The notes below the pieces were generated by a model. The model ran no database searches and had not been told where the DNA came from. It saw only the letters and a program-made list of their open reading frames with translations. A stretch of 32,000 nt of DNA, taken from Caldivirga maquilingensis IC-167. Its GTDB lineage: Archaea > Thermoproteota > Thermoprotei > Thermoproteales > Thermocladiaceae. Below, piece by piece: positions 17,726 through 24,674 of the stretch. A program made the position numbers and the translations under genes. The stretch is taken from the NCBI RefSeq assembly GCF_000018305.1, contig NC_009954.1, forward strand, positions 1,980,001-2,012,000, read 5' to 3'. Position 1 is the first letter of the stretch, and each line of letters begins with the position of its first letter.

Positions 17726-18382
17726 CTAATTCACTGGTATTATGTATGTTAATCTCCCATTCCTATACACTAGGATAGCCCTCCCCCTCCACTGCACATT
17801 AGCAGCCTCCTCCCCCCTGTTCTTACTCTTATTGATCAGTAACTGGGTTAATTCCTCTAATTCACCTATTGTTGAGACCACCTTGATCATTGCCTTATCA
17901 CTCTCCCTACCCACCTTAACCCTAATGACTTGTCCATTCTTAAGCAGATTCACTGCAACCCTAGTTAAAGATGCTAAGGCCGCTGTGGCCTCATTAATAG
18001 GCCCCCTATCCACTACTGATGGTGCATTACCGCCATTGAGTAACCTAATCTCAATAACATCAGCACCACCCCTAACCCCCTTAACCCCTGCCTCAGCGGC
18101 CAGTAGGCCAATTACCCCAACCCCCTTCTCCTCCCTCCTACTCCTCATTAGGTCCTTTACCAGTGATGCCGTTAAGCCTGCCACGTAGCCTAGATCCATT
18201 ATTATTACGTAAACCCCCACTGAGGTTAAGGCTCCAAGAACCACGGCTAGGCCTAGGGCTAGTACGGCTACGGCTATTAGGAGTAGGGCTGATATAAGTA
18301 ATGGTGGCCTCTTAAGGCCTATTACTAGGGCTAGGGCCACGCCCATTGCAATTGATGCTAATTCGCCGAGTGGCAGTGGCAT
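17726..18382 (-). CDS. Hypothetical membrane protein with a soluble C-terminal domain
   Basis: The N-terminus contains 2-3 TM segments. No family was recognised. Confidence 0.6.
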   Translation of the reverse strand: MPLPLGELASIAMGVALALVIGLKRPPLLISALLLIAVAVLALGLAVVLGALTSVGVYVIIMDLGYVAGLTASLVKDLMRSRREEKGVGVIGLLAAEAGVKGVRGGADVIEIRLLNGGNAPSVVDRGPINEATAALASLTRVAVNLLKNGQVIRVKVGRESDKAMIKVVSTIGELEELTQLLINKSKNRGEEAANVQWRGRAILVYRNGRLTYIIPVN

Positions 18383-18406
18383 TACGTTAAGTTTCCTGGC
18401 TTATTA

Positions 18407-19042
18407 TTAAGCGTTAGCCCTTAGCATGCCTTGGAGTAGTCTATATAATTTAACCACTGCCCTAAGGGTTCTTATTGAGGATACCCTAAGCCCTAATTCA
18501 CTCCTTAATTCATTAATCCACCTACCGCACTCCCCTTCACTTAACCCAAGCCTACCGCATACGCAACTCCAGTCGCTGCATTGGGCTACGGCATCCATAA
18601 CCTCACCCACGCCTCTTTGATTACTCATTAATGCGGTTAATGCATCAGCAACCTCCTCAATTAACCCGTATATGGCTGATTCAACCGCTGTCCTTAATTC
18701 ATCAGGCTTAAGGACAATGGCCTCCTCAAGATCAATAACCCTAACCCCAAGCTCCTCGGCAAGGACCCTACTGGAGTCATTACTAAACCCCCTAGCCACA
18801 ATTAGGGGCTTAGCGTTAATTAACTTAGCATTAGTGTATGCCTGCCTAACCCCACTCACATCAACCTTACCTGACTTAACCTCAACGGAGTACTTATTAC
18901 CACACTCATCCTCAACTATTAAATCCACCTCACCAACCTCAACACCATTACTAGTAACCTTAACCCTCCTATCCATTACCCTGAACCCAAGCCTGCTAAG
19001 CAATTCAGCAACATAATCCTCAAACCTAACCCCACTACTCAC
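18407..19042 (-). CDS. PD-(D/E)xK nuclease-fold protein (HJR/Mrr/RecB-like) with a Cys-containing C-terminal helical domain
   Basis: FEDYVAELLSRLGFRV...GEVDLIVEDECGNKYSVEVKSGK gives the D...ExK core in an Hjc/Mrr-like context. Confidence 0.6.
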   Translation of the reverse strand: MSSGVRFEDYVAELLSRLGFRVMDRRVKVTSNGVEVGEVDLIVEDECGNKYSVEVKSGKVDVSGVRQAYTNAKLINAKPLIVARGFSNDSSRVLAEELGVRVIDLEEAIVLKPDELRTAVESAIYGLIEEVADALTALMSNQRGVGEVMDAVAQCSDWSCVCGRLGLSEGECGRWINELRSELGLRVSSIRTLRAVVKLYRLLQGMLRANA

Positions 19043-19404
19043 TACTACTCAACGGGACTCTGGTTGAAATACTTAACACCATGAAATCAACAACCAATAA
19101 TACTCATGCATCACTAATCATGGCACCCGCAGTATTAATTCACCTTACGGGGCAGATTATTGAAGGATTTAAGTTAAGAAAACACATATTTAAGAATCAA
19201 TATTATTGAAAATCCTTTGAAACCAACCCATCAATTAGCCCACACACCTTCCTTAAACCTTTAATTAACTCCCCCCATAACCTTAACCAGATACATGAAT
19301 CACTTAAATCAAATTACACACTCACCCTTATTCACCAACACCATTATTAAACACCCAGGCTTTAATCCCTTTAATCCCTGCTGAGTGATTTTAGGCTCCT
19401 TAAT

Positions 19405-19440
19405 TTTTGGAGCGCCAGAGTAGCAATAATATTAATACTG
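19405..19440 (+). repeat. 36-bp unit, copy A
   Basis: The sequence is TTTTGGAGCGCCAGAGTAGCAATAATATTAATACTG. It is 31/36 identical to copy D and 32/36 to the reverse complement of copy C. Confidence 0.9.
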
Positions 19441-19500
19441 AGTAATGTGGGGTGATTTATTAATGGTGTTGGTTCAGTGATGCTTACTTTCCCCTTAATT

Positions 19501-19558
19501 TTTTGGACTGCCAGAGTAGCGATAGTATTAATATTACCGTTACTCTGGCGCTCCAAAA
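19501..19558. repeat. 58-bp palindrome formed by two head-to-head overlapping 36-bp units (B + and B' -)
   Basis: The sequence is TTTTGGACTGCCAGAGTAGCGATAGTATT|AATATTACCGTTACTCTGGCGCTCCAAAA, centred at 19529/19530. By my count 24 of 29 arm positions are complementary. Confidence 0.9.
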
Positions 19559-19610
19559 CTCAATGAGGGTGAAAACCATAAAACTAATACGATTAAATAA
19601 TCATTGCACG

Positions 19611-19646
19611 CAGTATTAATATTATCGCTACTCTGGCTGTCCAAAC
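19611..19646 (-). repeat. 36-bp unit, copy C (inverted)
   Basis: The plus strand reads CAGTATTAATATTATCGCTACTCTGGCTGTCCAAAC. It lies 33 nt from the stop of the AbrB-like gene. Confidence 0.9.
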
Positions 19647-19678
19647 TTAATCACTCGCATTAGTGTTGCTGAGTCTGT

Positions 19679-20005
19679 TTAATTCTCGTTACCCTTCTTA
19701 ATAGTGTATTCCTGTGTTGTTGGTCTTAGCATTATGACTGTTACTTCATCATTATTGTTTAGGTTTAGTGCTTCTATGGTTCTTCTTGGTAGGGTTACGC
19801 CGTATCTTGTTGATGATAATCTCCTCAGGGTTGCTTCATAAATATGATATAATCCACCTTTAATCACTATTACTTGAGCCTTATCATCGAAGCCTAGGTA
19901 TCTGGCGAAGGATGGTATTGGTATGTATGAGTTCGTTGGCCCATATATCCTCACCCTAGTCCTAACCTCAATGCCCTGTAGTATTTTGAAGGATTCTATT
20001 GACAC
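19679..20005 (-). CDS. Tandem SpoVT/AbrB-like DNA-binding protein (108 aa)
   Basis: Two AbrB-type motifs occur in one chain: SYIPIPSFARYLGFDDKAQVIVIKGG and YGVTLPRRTIEALNLNNNDEVTVIML. The start is GTG, with a TATA-like TTATTA about 25 nt upstream. Confidence 0.6.
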   Translation of the reverse strand: MSIESFKILQGIEVRTRVRIYGPTNSYIPIPSFARYLGFDDKAQVIVIKGGLYHIYEATLRRLSSTRYGVTLPRRTIEALNLNNNDEVTVIMLRPTTQEYTIKKGNEN

Positions 20006-20048
20006 GTTTATCCGTCTGCGGGTTCCTAATAAGCTTTGCCTTATGTAT

Positions 20049-20062
20049 TCATTAATTAATGA
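20049..20062. promoter_or_regulatory. Perfect 14-bp palindrome TCATTAATTAATGA in the divergent promoter region
   Basis: The sequence is exactly self-complementary. It is followed by ATTAATATT, which matches the core of the 36-bp units. Confidence 0.4.
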
Positions 20063-20123
20063 TTAATATTGCTAAAATTCAACGTTTATTTTTACTTAAT
20101 TATTTATTTTATAATGAATAATC

Positions 20124-20131
20124 TTTATAAA
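20124..20131 (+). promoter_or_regulatory. TATA-like box for the 221-aa gene
   Basis: TTTATAAA is centred about 26 nt upstream of the ATG at 20154. Confidence 0.4.
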
Positions 20132-20153
20132 CCCCCTGAACCAGTGAGTAACC

Positions 20154-20819
20154 ATGTACGCAGTGGTGGGTAAGACTGCAGGCTACTCATCAAGAAGCTT
20201 TGAGGGGGAGTATAAGGGGCGGGATGACGTTAAGGATGTTCACGTAGTTAACTGGCCTAAATTGAGTAATGGGTTAATCAACTTCATTCTAAGTAATGAT
20301 GCGGATGACTTAATACTAATCTCCTTCGACATACCTGGTGGCGGGGATAGGGTTTACTCGAGGATTAAGGAAACAGCCACCTGGTTATTATCACCGAGAA
20401 TAGACAATACAACTTACCTAACCCCCAGTCATACTATTAAACTCATCCTACTGGGGCAAATACCGGAGGAAGCCAATACAGTGGAGTACCTCGTTAAACC
20501 AATTAACAATAATCAAGTTAACCTAATCCTCAGGGAAACCATGGAGACCCTAATTAAATACGCCAGAGCCCGCCTAATTAACCTAATGAACGCCAGGGGT
20601 AAAGCCGCCGCCTCGATAAGCAATGCATTAACATCATTAGCAGAGGCTACTCTAGCGTCGGCTAAGGAATGGACAAGGAGAAGCTTTGAATTAAACTTAA
20701 GCATGATTAATAACCTAGTGGAAACCATTAATGATGCTGTTGAATTCAAGCTCAGTAAAAACAAACCACAAATACAACGACCTAATCAAGGCATCACCCA
20801 TGCATGGTTTAAGGAATAG
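20154..20819 (+). CDS. Orphan protein (221 aa) with an alpha-helical C-terminal half
   Basis: A clean ORF with a leaderless-type promoter. I recognise no family. Confidence 0.6.
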   Translation: MYAVVGKTAGYSSRSFEGEYKGRDDVKDVHVVNWPKLSNGLINFILSNDADDLILISFDIPGGGDRVYSRIKETATWLLSPRIDNTTYLTPSHTIKLILLGQIPEEANTVEYLVKPINNNQVNLILRETMETLIKYARARLINLMNARGKAAASISNALTSLAEATLASAKEWTRRSFELNLSMINNLVETINDAVEFKLSKNKPQIQRPNQGITHAWFKE

Positions 20820-20908
20820 AAAATAAAGCAATACTTAAACTCCAGTTCATTAAAAATCCAAGTTGAATAATACTTAAGGAATACAGGCATCTACGTAAAA
20901 GTCATAAA

Positions 20909-20944
20909 TTTTGGGACGCCAGAGTAACGGTAATATTAATACTG
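20909..20944 (+). repeat. 36-bp unit, copy D
   Basis: The sequence is TTTTGGGACGCCAGAGTAACGGTAATATTAATACTG. It lies 89 nt after the stop of the 221-aa gene. Confidence 0.9.
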
Positions 20945-21006
20945 GAATGTACGGTTAATGCGATTACCTGCATTACTTAAGTGATGGTTTTCTTAACTTC
21001 ATTAGA

Positions 21007-21064
21007 ATTTGGACTGCTAGAGTCGAGGTAGTATTAATATTATCGCTACTCTGGCGCTCCAAAA
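21007..21064. repeat. 58-bp palindrome formed by units E (+, degenerate) and E' (-)
   Basis: The sequence is ATTTGGACTGCTAGAGTCGAGGTAGTATT|AATATTATCGCTACTCTGGCGCTCCAAAA, centred at 21035/21036. By my count 21 of 29 arm positions are complementary. Confidence 0.85.
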
Positions 21065-21196
21065 TTTATGATGCTTGGTGATTTTCCATGTATTCTTTGC
21101 TTGAGTGTGGGTTAAGTTTAATAGTTAATGTGGTGGGTCTGGGTGAGGGGTTGTCCCAGTGATAGTGGTCTGGAGCACTGATGTGGTGATGAGTGG

Positions 21197-21796
21197 TTAT
21201 TGGTTTTTGTCTTTATTGAGGAGTCTGTATGCTATTATTGTGCGTTGGATGGCTGTGGCTAGGGTTATTAGTGCGAATAGTCCCATGCCGTAGATTAGTA
21301 TGGTGTTGCTTCTAATTAGTGCGTAGATTAATGTTAATGCGAATAAGTATATTAGTCGTTCCGGTCTCTCGAAGAAGCCTACTCCAAGCATTCTTAAGCC
21401 GAGGGATTCAGCCCTAGCCCTCATGTAGCTTGTTAGTAATGAACCTACAACGGCTATGTAAGCCTCCAGCATTATGGTGGTGTTGAGTCCACTTAATACT
21501 GCAACAGCCATTATTATTGCTGAGTCCTCAAACCTATCTAGGGCTGAGTCTAGGAATGCGCCTGAATTAGTAACCATTTTATTGAATCTTGCTGATAACC
21601 CATCCACTGCATCGAAGAATCCTGAGGCTAGTATAACAATGGGTAGTAGTATTGGGTATTGTTTAATTAGGGCTATGGGTATTGATAATAATGATACCAG
21701 TAGGCCAATTACCGTTAATAGGTTTGGGTTCCTAGGTAGCATGGGTGCAATCCTCTCTAGGATATGCTCCAGCGTGCTCTTAATCCTACCAATCAT
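21197..21796 (-). CDS. CDP-alcohol phosphatidyltransferase (archaeal phospholipid head-group synthase family)
   Basis: The signature is exact: DAVDGLSARFNKMVTNSGAFLDSALD, i.e. DG(x2)AR(x8)G(x3)D(x3)D. The protein has multiple TM segments. Confidence 0.85.
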   Translation of the reverse strand: MIGRIKSTLEHILERIAPMLPRNPNLLTVIGLLVSLLSIPIALIKQYPILLPIVILASGFFDAVDGLSARFNKMVTNSGAFLDSALDRFEDSAIIMAVAVLSGLNTTIMLEAYIAVVGSLLTSYMRARAESLGLRMLGVGFFERPERLIYLFALTLIYALIRSNTILIYGMGLFALITLATAIQRTIIAYRLLNKDKNQ

Positions 21797-21837
21797 TACG
21801 CATTATGCTGGGGGATAAGTTAAAAGCTTAACCAAGG

Positions 21838-22194
21838 ATGGGTAATGTGGGTAAGGCGTTAAGCAGGTTCATTAGTAAGATAACTAAGGAGAACCTGTGG
21901 ATCTACGTGATTAATACTCTAGCTAATGGGCCTAAGACTGGTTACGAGATAGTTAAGGAGATTAAGGGTAGGTACATGATAAACGTAACCACGGTATCTG
22001 TTTACGTAGTCTTATACAAGATGGAGAGGGATGGTTTACTCGAGAGTTTTGATAAGGATGGTAAGAAGTACTATAGGGTTACTGAGGAGGGGTTGAGGGA
22101 GTATGGTGACGCCATTAAGGCCCTCGTTGATTTACTGTCTAGATTCAACTGCACCTTAAAGTGCAGTGGTGATGCTACTGGGGGAAGACCTTAA
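21838..22194 (+). CDS. PadR-family transcriptional regulator
   Basis: GPKTGYEIVKEIKGRY...VSVYVVLYKMERDGLLES...KKYYRVTEEG is a typical PadR winged helix. Confidence 0.8.
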   Translation: MGNVGKALSRFISKITKENLWIYVINTLANGPKTGYEIVKEIKGRYMINVTTVSVYVVLYKMERDGLLESFDKDGKKYYRVTEEGLREYGDAIKALVDLLSRFNCTLKCSGDATGGRP

Positions 22195-22639
22195 CATTAA
22201 TTTTAAGTTCCTTAAAGAGCTCTGAGGCTAACTTATCCATCAGTGACCTACCCTTAGGTGTGATGACTCTTCCAGCGCTAGTCCTCTCAATTAGGCCAGC
22301 GGCCTCAAGCTGATGCAGAATATTCCTAATCACAGCCCCACCCGCCTTAGCAGTCCTCTCACTCCTAGCCTTCGGCCCTATCTTAGCCCTGTAACTGAAT
22401 GATGACCTAAGACTCCCCAAGCCAACTGGACCATTTAAGTAAACCCTCCTCAACACTGCAGCCGCCCTAAAATACCACCAGTCATCATTCTGAGGCGGCC
22501 TATCCTTATTCCTACCAGTCTTAACGTAAATCGCCCACTGGGGAGGCTTAACCTGAGGTACATTATCCTTAAGGTACTTGGCAATCCTCTCCACCAGCTT
22601 ATCCTGCGGTACATCCTTAATGCTAACCATTCTATACAC
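22175..22639 (-). CDS. rps19e: 30S ribosomal protein eS19
   Basis: VKPPQWAIYVKTGRNKDRPPQNDDWWYFRAAAVLRRVYLNGPVG...GGAVIRNILHQLEAAGLI matches eS19. Confidence 0.9.
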   Translation of the reverse strand: MYRMVSIKDVPQDKLVERIAKYLKDNVPQVKPPQWAIYVKTGRNKDRPPQNDDWWYFRAAAVLRRVYLNGPVGLGSLRSSFSYRAKIGPKARSERTAKAGGAVIRNILHQLEAAGLIERTSAGRVITPKGRSLMDKLASELFKELKINVKVFPQ

Positions 22640-22732
22640 CGCTTAATGCAAACCTTTTAAAGATTTCCAACCTTAAAACACTCACTAATAATAGGGGTAT
22701 TTAAGGAAATAAGCCTAAGCATCCGGTGGCCA

Positions 22733-23197
22733 TTACCTCCTCCTACCGTACCTACCCATTACGTAGGCCTCAGCAATAACGTGACCATTCATAGCCCTCT
22801 TAACCTCACTGAGGCCTGCACCTGGCTTAAGGTTAAGCATTGAGTCTAAGGCGTAGAGCCTAAAGTAATACCTGTGGGGTGGGTGGGTTTTAGGTGGGCA
22901 TGGTCCACCGTAACCAATTCTACCGAAGTCATTAACACCCTGCATACCTATACCCTGAACCTCAGGTCTCTTGGGGATATTCTCAGGGAGTTCACTTAGG
23001 CTTGGTGGAATATTGTAAAGTATCCAGTGGGTGAAGGTTCCCATGGGTGCATCAGGGTCCTCCATTATTAACACGAAGCCCTTCACGTTGGGTGGGGGGT
23101 CGAACCACCTTAAGGCTGGTGAAACATCATCCCCATCACACGTGTATTTAACCGGGATAGTGTCCTCGTTCCTAAAGGCTGGGCTCTCAATCCTCAT
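22733..23197 (-). CDS. PEBP/YbhB-family (Raf kinase inhibitor-like) protein
   Basis: The motifs IMEDPDAP...FTHWILYNIP...GYGGPCPP...HRYYFRLYALD are present. Confidence 0.9.
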   Translation of the reverse strand: MRIESPAFRNEDTIPVKYTCDGDDVSPALRWFDPPPNVKGFVLIMEDPDAPMGTFTHWILYNIPPSLSELPENIPKRPEVQGIGMQGVNDFGRIGYGGPCPPKTHPPHRYYFRLYALDSMLNLKPGAGLSEVKRAMNGHVIAEAYVMGRYGRRR

Positions 23198-23247
23198 AAG
23201 CGTAGTGTAGGTGGTTGCTTTTATTATTTAACCCATTAAGTGGTTAA

Positions 23248-23904
23248 TCACTGGGCAGTTATGTTAACCTTAACTGGTGGACTCATTGTTAGCTTTAACT
23301 CAACCTCCTTAATCTTATCCCAACCATACTTCCTAGCCACCTCCTCAAGCACTGCTAATGCGTTTTCAGCGATCTTAGATGGATCCATATCCTCGGTACC
23401 AACCTTAACCATTATCTGGGGCTGATCCCTAAGCCTAACCCTAACACTCCTCCTATACCTATCTATAAGGGCCTTAACATCAGCATTGGGTGGGATTACG
23501 TCAGGCATCTTACCCCTAGGCCCCAGTATAGGCCCCATGGTCCTACCTATCTGAACCATTAAGTCCGGTGTAGCCAGGAAGAAGTCATACTGCTGAGCCA
23601 GCTTCCTAACACTCTTCTTATCACTGTACTTACCTAAATCATCCCTAGTTATCACTAAGTCGGCTCCAGCATCCCTAGCCGCTGTTATTGTGGCTCCACT
23701 GGCTATTACACATACCTTAGTCTGCTTACTCAATGGGTTAGGTAACGGGACTGTTACACTTATCCTGTTTTCAGGCTTCTTAACGTCAACATCCCTAAGC
23801 TTAATAATTAAGTCCACTGATTGATTAAACCTACGCCTCTTAGCCCTACTCTTAACATTCCTATAAGCCTCCTCAATAGGCCTAACGTAACTACTCATTA
23901 CCAA
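23248..23904 (-). CDS. rpl1: 50S ribosomal protein uL1
   Basis: The 218-aa protein contains RRFNQSVDLIIKLRDVD...VCVIASG...DFFLATPDLMVQIGRTMGPILGPRGKMP, as in uL1. Confidence 0.9.
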   Translation of the reverse strand: MVMSSYVRPIEEAYRNVKSRAKRRRFNQSVDLIIKLRDVDVKKPENRISVTVPLPNPLSKQTKVCVIASGATITAARDAGADLVITRDDLGKYSDKKSVRKLAQQYDFFLATPDLMVQIGRTMGPILGPRGKMPDVIPPNADVKALIDRYRRSVRVRLRDQPQIMVKVGTEDMDPSKIAENALAVLEEVARKYGWDKIKEVELKLTMSPPVKVNITAQ

Positions 23905-23941
23905 CCTAAAACAGGGTGGATTTATAAGATTTTATACTCAA

Positions 23942-24571
23942 TTAAGCCTTAACGGCATCCTCATTAATAATCCTCCTAGGTAACTCCCACTTAAGCCTCA
24001 ACGCCATGAACCTAAGGGTAATGGTGATGATCATTGATGCTAAGGCTGATGAAGCATCATTAACACCAATGAACCTAAGCAGAAAGTAAACCAGTGAACC
24101 AAGTATGGCTGCTGATGCGTAAAACTCCCTAGTCAATACAACCGGCACCTCATTAGCCAGGAGATCCCTAACCACACCACCTCCAACCGCCGTTATTGAA
24201 CCCACAAGCACCACTAACAGTGGATTATGGGAAATGGAGTAGGCTAAGGAGGCACCGGAGGCTGAGAAGGCTCCTAAACCCACTGCATCAGCATACATGA
24301 GTGGCTTACCAACGTTACTGAAGACCCTGTAGAAAATGAATGTGGCCAAGCCCGCTGAAATTGCGGTAAGGGGGTATGGTAGGTATGTTAAGTTCACTGG
24401 TGGGTAAATACCAAGCATAACATCAGATATAATACCCCCACCCAGGGCAGTGGTGAACCCAAGCACAATGACTCCCAGTAAATCCATACCCTTCCTAATA
24501 GCCTTCATTGAGCCTGATATGGCGAAGGCAACTATACCCACGTAGTTGGTTACCGTGAGCGCAATGTTCAT
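23942..24571 (-). CDS. UPF0126/TRIC-type membrane protein (YadS/YicG family)
   Basis: The protein has two internal repeats, each with Gly-rich motifs (AFAISGSMKAIRKGMDLLGV...TALGGGIISDVMLG and SASGASLA...TAVGGGVVRDLL). Confidence 0.75.
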   Translation of the reverse strand: MNIALTVTNYVGIVAFAISGSMKAIRKGMDLLGVIVLGFTTALGGGIISDVMLGIYPPVNLTYLPYPLTAISAGLATFIFYRVFSNVGKPLMYADAVGLGAFSASGASLAYSISHNPLLVVLVGSITAVGGGVVRDLLANEVPVVLTREFYASAAILGSLVYFLLRFIGVNDASSALASMIITITLRFMALRLKWELPRRIINEDAVKA

Positions 24572-24674
24572 TAAAGGTAATTAACCCGGTCCTTAATCAA
24601 TATTACTTCAAGATTAACCTTAACGCCTAGGGCTTAGAAATGCTTAAATATTCTTTAATGCATGGGTTTGATTA

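Noticed and set aside
19371-19556. 61-aa ORF on the minus strand from the supplied track
   Set aside because: It consists almost entirely of translated copies of the 36-bp repeat units A and B/B' and their spacer. It has no promoter or start context. It is an artefact of the repeats.
19405-21064. Reading of the repeat cluster as a CRISPR array
   Set aside because: Each block has at most two direct copies, and the other copies are inverted and overlapping. The spacers are 52-62 bp and related to each other rather than unique. The unit has an AT-rich palindromic end. No cas genes or leader are present.
19405-21064. Reading of the repeat cluster as canonical ORB elements of an Orc1/Cdc6 origin
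   Set aside because: I see no match to the conserved ORB core (TCCA..GGAAAC type), and no orc1/cdc6 or whiP gene is adjacent. Origin function of a non-canonical kind cannot be excluded and is kept as a hypothesis in the findings.
21069-21196. G/T-rich stretch after palindrome E/E' with CTGA-tgtgg-TGATGA, considered as a C/D sRNA or as the missing fourth repeat unit
   Set aside because: The outer C and D boxes are absent. I found no alignment to the 36-bp unit. Only short similarities to the A-B spacer (TGATGCTT, AATGTGG) are present.
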